A DNA stretch of 64,000 nt from Tepidisphaera sp. GTDB taxonomy: Bacteria > Planctomycetota > Phycisphaerae > Phycisphaerales > UBA1924. The stretch lies in contig WGNV01000006.1 of assembly GCA_016124375.1 (NCBI GenBank), positions 29,479-93,478 of the forward strand. The letters are read 5' to 3'. Under the pieces are notes generated by a model. It was not told the DNA's origin. It was given only the letters and a program-made list of their open reading frames with translations, and did no database searches. The translations under genes were made by a program, and so were the position numbers. Each line of letters opens with the position of its first letter. The first letter of the stretch is position 1. Positions 1 to 9,973 of this stretch are shown piece by piece.

Positions 1-227
1 CCTTGGGCCCGCGGGGCGGCTACCGCCTGGGCAACGGCAACATCATGTTCACCAAGGGCGATGGCGTGTGGGCGTGGGACACCAATACCAACGCCGCCGT
101 CGGCTTGTACACCGGCACGGGCCTGGTGAACTCGACCTACATCTCGCCGATCACCTACATCCCCGCTCCGGGCGTCGCGGCTTTCGGCGTGGTGCTGTGC
201 CTGGGCGCTCGTCGCCGTTCGCGCTGA
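1..227 (+). CDS. C-terminal fragment of secreted protein with PEP-CTERM-like sorting signal (5' truncated by window)
   Basis: Ends IPAPG + hydrophobic stretch + ARRRSR. Confidence 0.75.
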   Translation, partial: LGPRGGYRLGNGNIMFTKGDGVWAWDTNTNAAVGLYTGTGLVNSTYISPITYIPAPGVAAFGVVLCLGARRRSR

Positions 228-319
228 CCAAACTCCCGCAAGCCGACTCGCTGCGCTCCGCCGCGATGATTCCGGTCCGCCCTGAGCCTGGGCGGAACCC
301 CGCAGCTCCAAAAGCACAC

Positions 320-351
320 AACCCCGAGCCCACCCGGGCCGGGGTTGTTTT
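320..351. terminator. Hairpin between convergent CDS and tRNA
   Basis: aacccc-g-agccc...gggcc-ggggtt followed by gtttt. Confidence 0.5.
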
Positions 352-356
352 CTAAG

Positions 357-444
357 CGGAGAGGGGGAGATTCGAACTCCCGAAGACGACGAGCGCCTTA
401 CTGGTTTTCGAGACCAGCCCATTCAACCGCTCTGGCACCTCTCC
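357..444 (-). tRNA. tRNA-Ser(CGA)
   Basis: Reverse complement GGAGAGG...CTGGT-CT-CGA-AA-ACCAG, long variable arm, GTTCGAATC T-loop, CCTCTCCG; CCA not encoded. Confidence 0.95.
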
Positions 445-496
445 AAAGGCGAACGGTGAAGATCCATCTTTGTATCGGGCCACCCACGGGTCAACG

Positions 497-1138
497 TCAA
501 TCGTCGGATTTCGCCCCGCGACCAGCCGCCCGCGCCACTGCCAGCAGCAACGCCTCGGGCTCGCTCATCCGCCCCGCGCCCACCTGGCGGCAGGCCTGCC
601 ACCCGTCGTCCGGGCCCACCAGCTCAAACCCGTCCTCAACAAGCTGCGCCACGTTCCGCTGGGTGCTTTTCTGCGCCCACATCACCTTGTTCATCGAGGG
701 CGCCAGCAGCACTGGCGTCCTCGCCCGATCCACCGCGCTCACGATCAGCGTCACCACATCATCCGTCCGCCCCGTCGCCAGTTTCGCCAGGCAGTCCATC
801 GTGCACGGCGCGATCAGCACGCACGCCGCGGCACTCGCCAGCGAGATGTGCTGCGGGTCGCTCGACTCGATGTGCTCCCACGCGCTCGTGTACACCGGCC
901 GTCCCGACAACGCCTGAAACGTCAGGGGCGTCACAAAGTGCGTCGCGGCCTGCGTCATCGCGACCGTCACCTGCGCTCCCGCCTGCGCCAGGCGGCTCAC
1001 CACCGTCGCGGTCTTGTACGCCGCGATGCCCCCCGTCACGCCCACCAAAATGCGACGACCACCGACGAGAGGCCGCAGCGCCTCCACATCGAGCATCCCG
1101 GTCCCGGTTTGGTCCGGACCCTGATCAGCGTTGGACAT
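497..1138 (-). CDS. coaC: Phosphopantothenoylcysteine decarboxylase (HFCD flavoprotein; CoaC domain only)
   Basis: GVTGGIAAYK, HISLA, APSMNxxMW, ACRQVGAGRM motifs; no CoaB domain. Confidence 0.85.
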   Translation of the reverse strand: MSNADQGPDQTGTGMLDVEALRPLVGGRRILVGVTGGIAAYKTATVVSRLAQAGAQVTVAMTQAATHFVTPLTFQALSGRPVYTSAWEHIESSDPQHISLASAAACVLIAPCTMDCLAKLATGRTDDVVTLIVSAVDRARTPVLLAPSMNKVMWAQKSTQRNVAQLVEDGFELVGPDDGWQACRQVGAGRMSEPEALLLAVARAAGRGAKSDD

Positions 1139-1148
1139 GCCCCCCGCC

Positions 1149-1373
1149 TTACTCGGCGGCCGGCGCCGTCTGGTCCACCGGCAGGCCCTCGAGCGTGATC
1201 TTGTCCTGACGGATCTCTTCGATCGCGATCTCGATATCGGACCGTCCGTTGCGGGCGATCAGGGGGCGGGCCCCCTCCATCAACTGCACGGCCCGACGCT
1301 GCACCAGCGTGCAAAGCTTGAAGCGGCCGCCGGTCTTGAGGGCGATTTCGTCGTTCTTGAGGGCTTCGATCAT
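1149..1373 (-). CDS. rpoZ: RNA polymerase omega subunit
   Basis: GGRFKLxxLVQRRAxQL...IAIEEI, next to coaBC-like gene as usual. Confidence 0.9.
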   Translation of the reverse strand: MIEALKNDEIALKTGGRFKLCTLVQRRAVQLMEGARPLIARNGRSDIEIAIEEIRQDKITLEGLPVDQTAPAAE

Positions 1374-1657
1374 GCCTGGCTAGGCTCCCAAAGCACAGTG
1401 CTATCGACGGCCCGAATGGCACATCTTGCACCCTTGCTCCCGGGATGTTATGCTCCCTCCCGGAGCCGGACAACGAGGGTCAGTGCTCGTCGAATCTCGT
1501 GGGTTCTTTCTTTCCCGTTGCTCTTGCCCAGACATTCGCATCAAGGCGTCCGATCGCGTCCGGCGGGGTGCCGCACGCGCGGGCGCAGCGTGGCCGCCGG
1601 GGCATTCGCTCCGCGCCGGGCCGGGCTCCGTCGCGGGGCCCGCGGGGGTTTTGATTT

Positions 1658-2344
1658 ATGGCCGGTGCATCTGAGTGGAATAAGGGTGACAGCGTGGTCC
1701 ACGCCGCACGCCCGGAGTGGGGTGCGGGCGAGGTGCTGGTCGCAGAACCAGTCGTGCACGAAGGCCGCAAGTGTCAGCGGCTCACCATCCGCTTCTCCAG
1801 GGGCGGCACCAAAACCATCTCCACAGCCTTCGCCGAACTCAAGCCCGCCTCCGAGCTGCCCCGCATTCCCAGGCTCCTCGACCCCGACGAAGCCCCGGAC
1901 CACCCCGCGCCCTCCGCCGGCGCATCCAAACCCCGCCAACAGTCCGCCCCGTCGGCGCCCCCGGAGCCCGATCCGCTGGCCCTTTCCGCCATGCAATCCG
2001 AGATCGCGGCCATCATGAACAAGCTGCCCGAAAAGGCGACCGATCCCTTCACCAGCGGCAAGGCCCGCCTGGCCGCCACGCTCGACCTGTACAAATACAC
2101 CGACTCGGGCGGCTCACTCCTCGACTGGGCCGCCATCCAGACCGGCCTGGCCGACCCCCTTTCCCGCTTCAGTCGCCACGAGCTCGAGCAGTGGTTCGCA
2201 CGCTTCAAGATCGAGCTCGACGCCCACCTGCGAAAGCTGGTGCGCGATGTTCGCAAGGCCGACCCCGCCGGCTACGCCGAGGCCACCGCATCAGTCTCCG
2301 GAGCCGCCAAGGGCGCCTTGCGCAAAGCCGAGGCGATGGCCTGA
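1658..2344 (+). CDS. DUF3553-like (SH3-like N-terminus) protein
   Basis: GDSVVHxxRPEWGxGEV N-terminal motif. Confidence 0.6.
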   Translation: MAGASEWNKGDSVVHAARPEWGAGEVLVAEPVVHEGRKCQRLTIRFSRGGTKTISTAFAELKPASELPRIPRLLDPDEAPDHPAPSAGASKPRQQSAPSAPPEPDPLALSAMQSEIAAIMNKLPEKATDPFTSGKARLAATLDLYKYTDSGGSLLDWAAIQTGLADPLSRFSRHELEQWFARFKIELDAHLRKLVRDVRKADPAGYAEATASVSGAAKGALRKAEAMA

Positions 2345-2375
2345 TACCCTCGCTCTGGGGTTTCCTCCCCAGCGC

Positions 2376-3329
2376 ATGACGAACAATCCCAACCAGCACG
2401 CACCGCCTCTCGCGCCTTCCGCGTCTCAGGCTCATCAGCCCGTGATGCCCGTCGAGGCGATCCGCATGCTCTCGCCCGCCCCAGGCGAAACCTACGTCGA
2501 CGCGACGGCCGGTCTGGGCGGACATGCCAGCCTGTTTGCACGGGCGGTCGGGCCCGCGGGCGTGGTCATTCTGAACGACACCGACGCGAGCAATCTGGCC
2601 AAAGCGCAGGCGAACGTGCGAGCCGCCTGCCTGCCCGGCCAGCCCCCGCAAATCCACGCCATCCACGCCAACTTTGCGGATCTGCCCTGGCGCGTCTCCC
2701 AACTGGGCCTCAAGGCCGATCTGGTCTTCGCGGATCTCGGGTTCGCGTCCAATCAGGTCGATGACCCGGCCCGAGGCCTGTCATTTATGCGCGATGGTCC
2801 CCTCGACATGCGCTTGGATGCGTCCAAAGGCCTGACAGCGGCCGACCTGGTCAACAACATGCCCGAGCACGAACTGACCCAGATCATCAGCGAATATGGC
2901 GAAGAACGCCTGGCCTCGCGCATCGCCCGAAAACTTGTTCAGGCGAGAGCCACTGGGCCGATATCCACCACCGGCCGGCTGGCGGAACTGGTTCGCTCGG
3001 TTGTGCCGCGTTCGGGCGGAAAGATCGATCCCGCGACTCGCACCTTCCAGGCGTTGCGCATCGCGGTCAATGACGAGCTGGGGTCGCTGGAGGCGCTGCT
3101 GGCCGGGCTTGGTGCTTCCCGGCGGAGCGAATGGCTGGAGACGGGGTGCCGCGTCGGGTTTCTGACGTTTCACTCGCTGGAGGATCGTGCGGTCAAACGG
3201 GCGTTTGCGGAAGGTATCGAGCAGGGCGCGTACGACGTTTCTGGCGGGGCGGCCGCCGCGAGCGAGGCGGAAATACAGGCAAACGCCAGAGCGCGTTCGG
3301 CCAAGTTGCGGGTGGTTCGATATTCCTGA
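2376..3329 (+). CDS. rsmH: 16S rRNA m4C1402 methyltransferase
   Basis: HQPVM, DATAGLGGH, DLGFAS, GPLDMR, TRTFQALRIAVNDE, FHSLEDR, RARSAKLR. Confidence 0.95.
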   Translation: MTNNPNQHAPPLAPSASQAHQPVMPVEAIRMLSPAPGETYVDATAGLGGHASLFARAVGPAGVVILNDTDASNLAKAQANVRAACLPGQPPQIHAIHANFADLPWRVSQLGLKADLVFADLGFASNQVDDPARGLSFMRDGPLDMRLDASKGLTAADLVNNMPEHELTQIISEYGEERLASRIARKLVQARATGPISTTGRLAELVRSVVPRSGGKIDPATRTFQALRIAVNDELGSLEALLAGLGASRRSEWLETGCRVGFLTFHSLEDRAVKRAFAEGIEQGAYDVSGGAAAASEAEIQANARARSAKLRVVRYS

Positions 3330-3619
3330 GCGGGCGACAGCCACTCATGAAGATTTGCCGGTACAAATGACCGGGTCGATCGCGGCCTCTAAGGTCAATC
3401 AGGGGAACTGACAGGCGGCACGCCCCCGGGCTTCACACCCCGTCGGGGCGGCACACGCCGCTTCTACAGTCGGTCTTCAAAACTGGTCCCCTTCATCGCG
3501 GGACCAATCGGAAAACGCACACTTCGTCGCGCTGGACGGGCGGCACGGATCGCCTCCCGAACCAACTCGACAGCAACAGCAGCGGGCGGAGGATCACGCC
3601 CAGCGAAGGACGGACCAAG

Positions 3620-4576
3620 GTGACCAGGGAACTCAAACTCTCGCTGATCGTCGGCTTTGTGCTCGTGCTTGTGGTCGCCATGCTCTTCAGCGACTACCTC
3701 TCCAAGGCCAACCACACTGAGCTCGAAGCCAAGCTCACCCCCCAGCCCCAGCTCACCCACCCCGCGCCCCAGGAGCCGGTCGTCACCCTCACCGGTCGCG
3801 AGTCCGCTCAGCCCGGCCCCATGCTGGACGTGCCGCCCCAGAATCCCTCGCCCGCCGGCCCCGCGAACAGCCCGGCCCCCTCAGCTTCCGCCTCCGAGCA
3901 GGCCACACCCTTCACGCTCGTGCAGGGCAAAGGTCAGTCGGGGAGTGACTTCAGCGGGCTCAAGAACGCCGTCGAACAGATCGGTGGCAAGATCGCCAAT
4001 GGCGAAATCCATGTGCCCGGCGCCGTCTCGACCACCCTCAAAGAGCCCCCGGCCGCCCAGCCCGGTCCCTCTGCCCAGCCCACCCCAACCGACCACAGCG
4101 GCGACATCCGCCGTCCAAACACGCCGGTACCGCACGAAGTGGCGCCCCGCGAGACATCGCCCGCCTCCGCGATGCGTGAATACACCATCGCCGAGGGAGA
4201 CTCGGTTTACAAGATCGCCAAGAAGTTCTACAACGATGGCGAGCAGTGGAAGAAGATCGCCGCGGCCAACCCCGGGAAGATCGGCCCCAAGGGCGAAATC
4301 CGCGTCGGCGTACTCCTGAAGATTCCGGACGTTGCTCCGGCCGCCGGCTCCACGCCCGCGGCCTCTCCCGCCAAAGCCGAATCGTCCAAAAACTCCGGCG
4401 CGACCGGCACCGCCCGCACCTACACCGTGCAGAAGGGCGACTCTCTGCAGTCGATCGCGGCCAAGCAACTCAAGTCGGCCTCCCGTGCCGATGAACTCCT
4501 GAAGTTGAACTCCGATCAAGTCAAGGACGCCGACATGATCCGCGTCGGCATGGTGCTGAAACTCCCCGCCAAGTAA
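3620..4576 (+). CDS. Membrane-anchored protein with two LysM domains
   Basis: N-terminal TM; YTIAEGDSVYKIA...LKIP and YTVQKGDSLQSIA...LKLP. Confidence 0.9.
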   Translation: MTRELKLSLIVGFVLVLVVAMLFSDYLSKANHTELEAKLTPQPQLTHPAPQEPVVTLTGRESAQPGPMLDVPPQNPSPAGPANSPAPSASASEQATPFTLVQGKGQSGSDFSGLKNAVEQIGGKIANGEIHVPGAVSTTLKEPPAAQPGPSAQPTPTDHSGDIRRPNTPVPHEVAPRETSPASAMREYTIAEGDSVYKIAKKFYNDGEQWKKIAAANPGKIGPKGEIRVGVLLKIPDVAPAAGSTPAASPAKAESSKNSGATGTARTYTVQKGDSLQSIAAKQLKSASRADELLKLNSDQVKDADMIRVGMVLKLPAK

Positions 4577-4597
4577 GCGATTCGCAGGAGCGAGCTG

Positions 4598-5296
4598 GTG
4601 CTCATCAAGTGCGGCATGTTGGTGCTGACCATCGGGGCGACTGCCTGCGGGCTGCTCACCCTGCGCCAGGCCCGCCTTCAGGCCGCGAGCGAGCTGGCCC
4701 AGGCCCAGATCCGCATCGGACGCTCCGACGAACGCCTGTGGGCCCTGCGGTCGCAGATCGCCGCCCAGGTCACGCCCTCCAATGTCGAGCGCATGGCCCA
4801 GACCCTGGGCCCCCTTCAGCCGATCATCGCCCCGCCCCTGATGAGACCCCAGCCGGGCGATGCGCTGCCCGTGATCGCATCCACCGAAGAGCCCGACGCC
4901 GCCCTGCCCCCGGGCGTGCGGGTCGTCGTCAACACCGCCTCGTCGCACATCCCGCAGCCCACCGACGGCATCGGTCTGGTCGCCAAGGCCGACCCGCCGG
5001 CTTCGCCCGTGGAGAAGGCTCCCAGGTCCAGGGGCTCCGACAAGGCCTCAGCCAAGTCCGCGACCAAGGCCGGCTCCAAGCCCGCGTCCAAAGCCGGCAA
5101 CACGCCTGCCCCGGGCTCGACGGGCAAAGCCCGAAAGCCCCAGCCTCCGGCCGACACGCTGATCCGCGCCCAGTCAAAGCCGCCCGCCGCCCGCTACGCA
5201 AAGGCCGGCAAGTCGACAAAGCCCGGCTCGCCCCTGGGCACGCCATCACGTGCTTCGACACCCACGCAGATCGCCATGCAGACCGGGCGGCAATAG
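4598..5296 (+). CDS. FtsL-like bitopic coiled-coil protein with long disordered tail
   Basis: TM + coiled coil ending TPSNVERMA; lies directly upstream of ftsI-like gene. Confidence 0.55.
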   Translation: MLIKCGMLVLTIGATACGLLTLRQARLQAASELAQAQIRIGRSDERLWALRSQIAAQVTPSNVERMAQTLGPLQPIIAPPLMRPQPGDALPVIASTEEPDAALPPGVRVVVNTASSHIPQPTDGIGLVAKADPPASPVEKAPRSRGSDKASAKSATKAGSKPASKAGNTPAPGSTGKARKPQPPADTLIRAQSKPPAARYAKAGKSTKPGSPLGTPSRASTPTQIAMQTGRQ

Positions 5297-5368
5297 TCTC
5301 GCCCTGGCGCTTCGCCGGACGGATCCGGCGTCTCCAGCCCCGGGCCGCACCGATCGAGGCCTGACCAG

Positions 5369-7540
5369 ATGCTCCCAGACTCAGCCAACTCTCAGCCTGC
5401 CCCGCAGGTTCCCCGGCAGTTTCGGGTCGTCACCTCCTTCCTGGGCGGCATCGTCACGCTCAGCCTGCTGGTGATGCTTGGGCGCGTCGCCCAGCTCCAG
5501 CTCGCCCCCTCGCCCGCATTGCAGGACCAGATGGAGCCCCGCGTCAGCGTGCGCCCGGATCCGCCCCTGCGGGGTGACATCATGGACCGCAACTGCCGCG
5601 TGCTGGCCGCCAGCCGATTCGCATACCGCGTGGTGATCGACCCGGTGAACTTCCCCGAAAAAGACCAGGACAAGGCGCTGGTGGGCCTCGCCCATGCCGT
5701 GGGCATGCCGACCGAGGCCGTCGCCACTCGCATCCTGGGCGCGATCGAGACCAACCGTCAGCGGGCCCTGCTCGCCGGCGATTCCCAGGCCCCGCAGCCG
5801 GGCGCCTCCCCCTCACCTCGCCCGCCAGCCCCCTCCGGCTCACCCACGATCCGCGACGTCGCGCTCCGTGACGCAGATCGCGCCGCCGAGCCCCCGGCCG
5901 AGCCGCCGGACGTCGCCGAGAGCGGCCCGGCCAAGACCCGCGGCCCGATCCGCTACCTCCCGCTTACCGGCGTGCTGACCGACTCCCAGGCCCAGGCCGT
6001 GCGCGACCTCAAGCTCAAGGGCGTGATCATCGAGAAACGCCCGGTGCGCGAGTACCCGGGGGGCGACGAGGTCGCCTCGCTCATCGGCAAAGTCGGCTCC
6101 GAGCGCAAGTTCACCATCGGCCTTGAGTCGCTCCTGAACAGCGTCCTGGAAGGCACCAGCGGCTCGCTCCGCTACGTTCGCGATGCCTCCGGCCGCCCGC
6201 TCTGGATGAACCCCGGCTCGGTGCAGCCGGCGATCCCCGGGCAGGATGTCCGCCTGTCCATCGACCTGGAAATTCAGCGCATCGGCTACGAAGAACTGCA
6301 GGCGCAGGTCGAGTCCGAAGACGCCGCGGGCGGACGCCTGGTCATCGCCGACCCCAACACGGGCGAGATCCTCGCAATGGTCGACATAGTGCGCGATCTG
6401 CCCGAGCTCGAGCCCTACCCGTGGATCCCCAAGTCCGCAAAGACCGGCAAGAACGAAAAGCCCGAGCCCGACCACCCCGAACTGCTGCTGGGCCACCATC
6501 GCTACATCACCATCAAGGAAGACCCTGCGCGGCTCCTTCACCCCGCCCTTGCCCGCAACCGCTGCATCGAAGACGTCTACGAGCCCGGCTCCACCTTCAA
6601 GCCCTTCGTCTGGTCCACCATCACCGAGCTGGGCCTGGCCAAGGTCGACGAGATCTTCGACACCGAGGGCGGGCGCTGGACCTTCCCTGTCGGCCCGCAC
6701 TCCATGCGCCACATCGAGGACGTGACCAAACGCGCCACCATGACCTGGCACGACGTGCTGGTGAACTCTTCGAACATCGGCATGATCAAGGGCGCCTCGC
6801 GCCTCAGCTTCGAGCAACTGCACGACACCGTCGTGCGTTTCGGCTTTGGCAAGCCCACCGGGCTGGGCGTGCCGGGCCACCCCTTCCCGGGCGAAGCCGC
6901 CGGCCTCGTCACGCCGCTCTCCAAATGGAGCAAGTACACCCAGACATCCGTCCCCTACGGGCACGAGATCGCCGTCACCCCGGTGCAGATGGTCCGGGCG
7001 TTCAGCGCCTTCGCCCGCAGCGGCGAGCTCGCCGGCACGCTGCCCCGCCTCCGGTTCACCGCCCTCTCGCCGGGTGAAAGCGAGGGCGTCATCTACCGCG
7101 TCCTCCCCAAGGAGATCGCCATCCTCACCCGCGACCCGATGTGCGGCGTCGTCGAAAACATGGAAAAGGGCATCATCACCCGGCACGAACCCATCCCCGA
7201 GGGTGGCTGGCGCTACAGGATGTTCGGCAAGTCCGGCACCGCCGAGATTCCACTGGGAGCCCCTCCGAAGGACATGCGCGCCCCCGACCGGCACAAGGGC
7301 TTTTACGACGATCAGTTCAACGTGAGTTTCATCGCTGCCGCCCCCGCTGAGAATCCGCGTTTGGTCGTTCTGGTCGTCATCGACGACCCCGGGCCCAGGC
7401 CCGGCCCCCGCAACCTTCGTTACGGCTCAGCCGCCGCCGGACCCTGCGTCCGCCGAATCATGGAACGGTCGCTGACCTACTTGGGCGTGCCCCCCAGCCC
7501 CAAGCCCGAGCCGGAAGCGGCGACGACTCCGAAGCAGTAA
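5369..7540 (+). CDS. ftsI: Class B penicillin-binding protein (FtsI/PBP2-like)
   Basis: RGDIMDRN; EPGSTFKP (SxxK), SSN, KSGT motifs. Confidence 0.85.
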   Translation: MLPDSANSQPAPQVPRQFRVVTSFLGGIVTLSLLVMLGRVAQLQLAPSPALQDQMEPRVSVRPDPPLRGDIMDRNCRVLAASRFAYRVVIDPVNFPEKDQDKALVGLAHAVGMPTEAVATRILGAIETNRQRALLAGDSQAPQPGASPSPRPPAPSGSPTIRDVALRDADRAAEPPAEPPDVAESGPAKTRGPIRYLPLTGVLTDSQAQAVRDLKLKGVIIEKRPVREYPGGDEVASLIGKVGSERKFTIGLESLLNSVLEGTSGSLRYVRDASGRPLWMNPGSVQPAIPGQDVRLSIDLEIQRIGYEELQAQVESEDAAGGRLVIADPNTGEILAMVDIVRDLPELEPYPWIPKSAKTGKNEKPEPDHPELLLGHHRYITIKEDPARLLHPALARNRCIEDVYEPGSTFKPFVWSTITELGLAKVDEIFDTEGGRWTFPVGPHSMRHIEDVTKRATMTWHDVLVNSSNIGMIKGASRLSFEQLHDTVVRFGFGKPTGLGVPGHPFPGEAAGLVTPLSKWSKYTQTSVPYGHEIAVTPVQMVRAFSAFARSGELAGTLPRLRFTALSPGESEGVIYRVLPKEIAILTRDPMCGVVENMEKGIITRHEPIPEGGWRYRMFGKSGTAEIPLGAPPKDMRAPDRHKGFYDDQFNVSFIAAAPAENPRLVVLVVIDDPGPRPGPRNLRYGSAAAGPCVRRIMERSLTYLGVPPSPKPEPEAATTPKQ

Positions 7541-7555
7541 GGCGATTCAGAAGCA

Positions 7556-7654
7556 GGCATTCGGCATTCGGCATTCGGTTGAGTCCGGGCGCCGTCGGGT
7601 TTCCGCGCCTTTCAACGAATGCCGAATCACGAATGCCGAATGCCGAATGCCGAA
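7556..7654. repeat. Inverted heptamer tandem repeats (GGCATTC)n ... (GAATGCC)n
   Basis: Three GGCATTC at 7556-7578 and about five GAATGCC-like units at 7617-7654. Confidence 0.85.
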
Positions 7655-7689
7655 AAGAAAACACCCCGCGCCGTGACAGCGCGGGGTGC
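7653..7689 (-). terminator. Rho-independent terminator of the 7716-8654 gene
   Basis: caccccgcgc-cgtgaca-gcgcggggtg with A-run on left (U-tract on minus strand). Confidence 0.75.
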
Positions 7690-7715
7690 TGAAGAACTCA
7701 GAACTCACTTCAAAC

Positions 7716-8654
7716 TCAAGCCCGACGACGGCGAGCCGCAGCCAGCCCCGCCAGACCGATCACACTCACCACGCCCGGGGTGGGGACGATCGTCACATAC
7801 TGATTGCCGGCGAACTGGGTGAAGTCGATGCCACCCACCGAGCCGTTGTAGTTGCCGGCGCCGTCGCCGCCGAGGTTGCCGGTGCCCGCGGGCAGCCCGC
7901 CCAGCACCTGGTTGGAGAGGTAATCCCAGTTGGCGCCGTTGACGAACGCGGCGATCTTCAGGCCGTTGGCGCTCGCCACGCCCAGGCTGGCCAGGGGAAT
8001 CTGCACTTCGATGCCGGTCAGAACGCCCGCCGGGCCGGTGCCCAGGCCGCTGCCGTCAACGCCAGCGGTGTTGCTGTTGTTGATGGCGACCAGGGCGCCC
8101 AGCCAGTTGTTGCCGCCGAACAGGTTCAGCGCGCCGCCGTTCTGGCCGTCGTTACCACCGAGGTAATCGCCATCCATCGCGTTGCCGCCCACGCCCGCCG
8201 TGCGGCCGGCGTTGACGAACAGGCCGTAGCCGCTGGGCGTGCTCTGCCCGCCGCCGCCGGTGATCGAGATGTGGTGGGTGGGGGAGAAGCCGGAGTCAAA
8301 CTTCATCCCGTTGAACTGGCCCTCGAGCCCGAAGAACGTGGAGTTGTCCAGCACGTTCTGGCCCTGGCCCGACCCGTTGTCGATGAAGATGCTGAGCTTG
8401 TTGTAGTTGGATTCCAGGTTGCCCGTGAGCAGCAGGTTGAGGTTGCCGCCCGCGGCGTACGCGTACACGCCGTCCAGCTCCGAGCCGTTGGCGAAGAGGG
8501 CATCGCCGCTCGTCGAGTTGCCGAAGCCGGTGCCGTTGGTCTGCAGCGCCAGCGGGGCGCCGTAGGCGGGCTTGTACTGCCCATTGACCTGGGCATTCGC
8601 CATACCGGCAGCCAGCGCGAGCGCGGCCGCCCCGACAAACACAAAAGTCTTCAT
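7716..8654 (-). CDS. Secreted Gly/Asn-rich protein with PEP-CTERM-like tail
   Basis: Signal peptide MKTFVFVGAAALALAAGMANA; C-terminal VPTPG-TM-RRRRA. Confidence 0.85.
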   Translation of the reverse strand: MKTFVFVGAAALALAAGMANAQVNGQYKPAYGAPLALQTNGTGFGNSTSGDALFANGSELDGVYAYAAGGNLNLLLTGNLESNYNKLSIFIDNGSGQGQNVLDNSTFFGLEGQFNGMKFDSGFSPTHHISITGGGGQSTPSGYGLFVNAGRTAGVGGNAMDGDYLGGNDGQNGGALNLFGGNNWLGALVAINNSNTAGVDGSGLGTGPAGVLTGIEVQIPLASLGVASANGLKIAAFVNGANWDYLSNQVLGGLPAGTGNLGGDGAGNYNGSVGGIDFTQFAGNQYVTIVPTPGVVSVIGLAGLAAARRRRA

Positions 8655-8881
8655 CTGTCTCTGTCTCCTTCAACCCATCACGGCGTTAGCCGGGACTGTG
8701 AGGTTGTGTCGGCGCCCCGAACATCAGGGCGCATCTCTCCTACGCACCCCGATCTTAGTGATCCAAAGACGCCATGCAAGAAAATCACATGCTGTAAGGG
8801 CTTACATTTGTACCGACATGGTTATCGGTCGTCGAGCCAACGCTTCCCGGAACTCGCCCCCGAACCCCGATCCTGGTGTTC

Positions 8882-9973
8882 TTACTGGATCGGCGACTTC
8901 CCCTGCACCACCAGTTGCTTCGACCCCACCCGCACGCACCGTTCGATGAACGCCTGATACGCCCCGTTCAGCTCGCTGGCGCTGTGAGTCGTGTACAGCT
9001 CCAGCAGGTCCACGCCCGTGCTGCGCGTCGAATACGCGCTCGCCGCCCGCGGGCCGTATTTCGCGCGGATCTTCCCCAGCAGGTCGCCTCGGGCCGCGTC
9101 GGTGAGCAGCATGCGCAGCGCCCCGCGATACGCCCCGCCCTCGCCCTCATTCAGAAAGTGGATCAGCGCCCACACCTGCGCGTAATAGGTCAGCGCCGCC
9201 GTCTGGTCGTCCTTGAGCAGCTCCTGTGGCGTGGAGTGCAGGATGACGTCCAGCGGCATCAGCGTGCCGTCCGCCGCCGCGTCGCGCAGTTGCTCAAACC
9301 GCTCGAGGTTCGCCCATGGCAAAAAGATCGGCGTCATCGCCCCGCTGCCCCGCTCCCAGCGGAAGCCCTCCATGTACGTCGCCAGGCCTTCCTCCAAGCT
9401 CGTGGGCAAGCGCGTCTTGAAGGTGCTCTGCGTGTACTGGTGCCATCCCTCGTGGGCGGCGATCGCAAACGTGTCGCGCGGGCCGATGTCGTAGAGGATC
9501 GCCTTGCCGTTGGCCGCGAATCCGCCACGCTGTATCCGCAGATACACCTCCGCCTGATCGCCCATGACTCTCTGCGTCACCCGCGCCCACTGCGGCCGAT
9601 TGCCGAGCAGATACGTCTCCAGCGAGCCCGCCGGTGGCGGCAACTCCGCCAGCGACGACGTGTAGTTGCCCATCGCCGCTTCCATGAAGCCGGGCATCCG
9701 ATCCAGCAGGAATGACTTGTCGATCGTCGTGAACAGGCGATAGTGGGGGGTCGTCAGCACCTGCCCGGCTCGCCCTTCGAGTGTCCACGTCTCCGTGTTC
9801 AGAATCACCGATGAAACGGGCGAAGAGACCGCAGGCGAGGCGGCGTCCGCCTTGGATGGCTCGATCCTGCCGATCGTGTCGGGTGGCGACGCGCAGCCGA
9901 CCAACGCCGCGCACAGCAGAGAAGCCACAAGCAGCGGCCGCACCCGCCCGCCCGTCCCGCGACGCCCCGTCAT
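8882..9973 (-). CDS. Lipoprotein with HExxH (DUF1570/peptidase MA-like zincin)
   Basis: Lipobox LVGC; HEGWH, LEEGLATYME, YYAQVWALIHFL. Confidence 0.7.
   Translation of the reverse strand: MTGRRGTGGRVRPLLVASLLCAALVGCASPPDTIGRIEPSKADAASPAVSSPVSSVILNTETWTLEGRAGQVLTTPHYRLFTTIDKSFLLDRMPGFMEAAMGNYTSSLAELPPPAGSLETYLLGNRPQWARVTQRVMGDQAEVYLRIQRGGFAANGKAILYDIGPRDTFAIAAHEGWHQYTQSTFKTRLPTSLEEGLATYMEGFRWERGSGAMTPIFLPWANLERFEQLRDAAADGTLMPLDVILHSTPQELLKDDQTAALTYYAQVWALIHFLNEGEGGAYRGALRMLLTDAARGDLLGKIRAKYGPRAASAYSTRSTGVDLLELYTTHSASELNGAYQAFIERCVRVGSKQLVVQGKSPIQ

Noticed and set aside
357-444. tRNA-Ser as integration site of an island
   Set aside because: No integrase and no duplicated tRNA 3' end visible in the window; DNA beyond the left edge cannot be assessed
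3330-3619. ncRNA between rsmH and the LysM gene
   Set aside because: Only one hairpin (about 3421-3450) and no recognisable family motif
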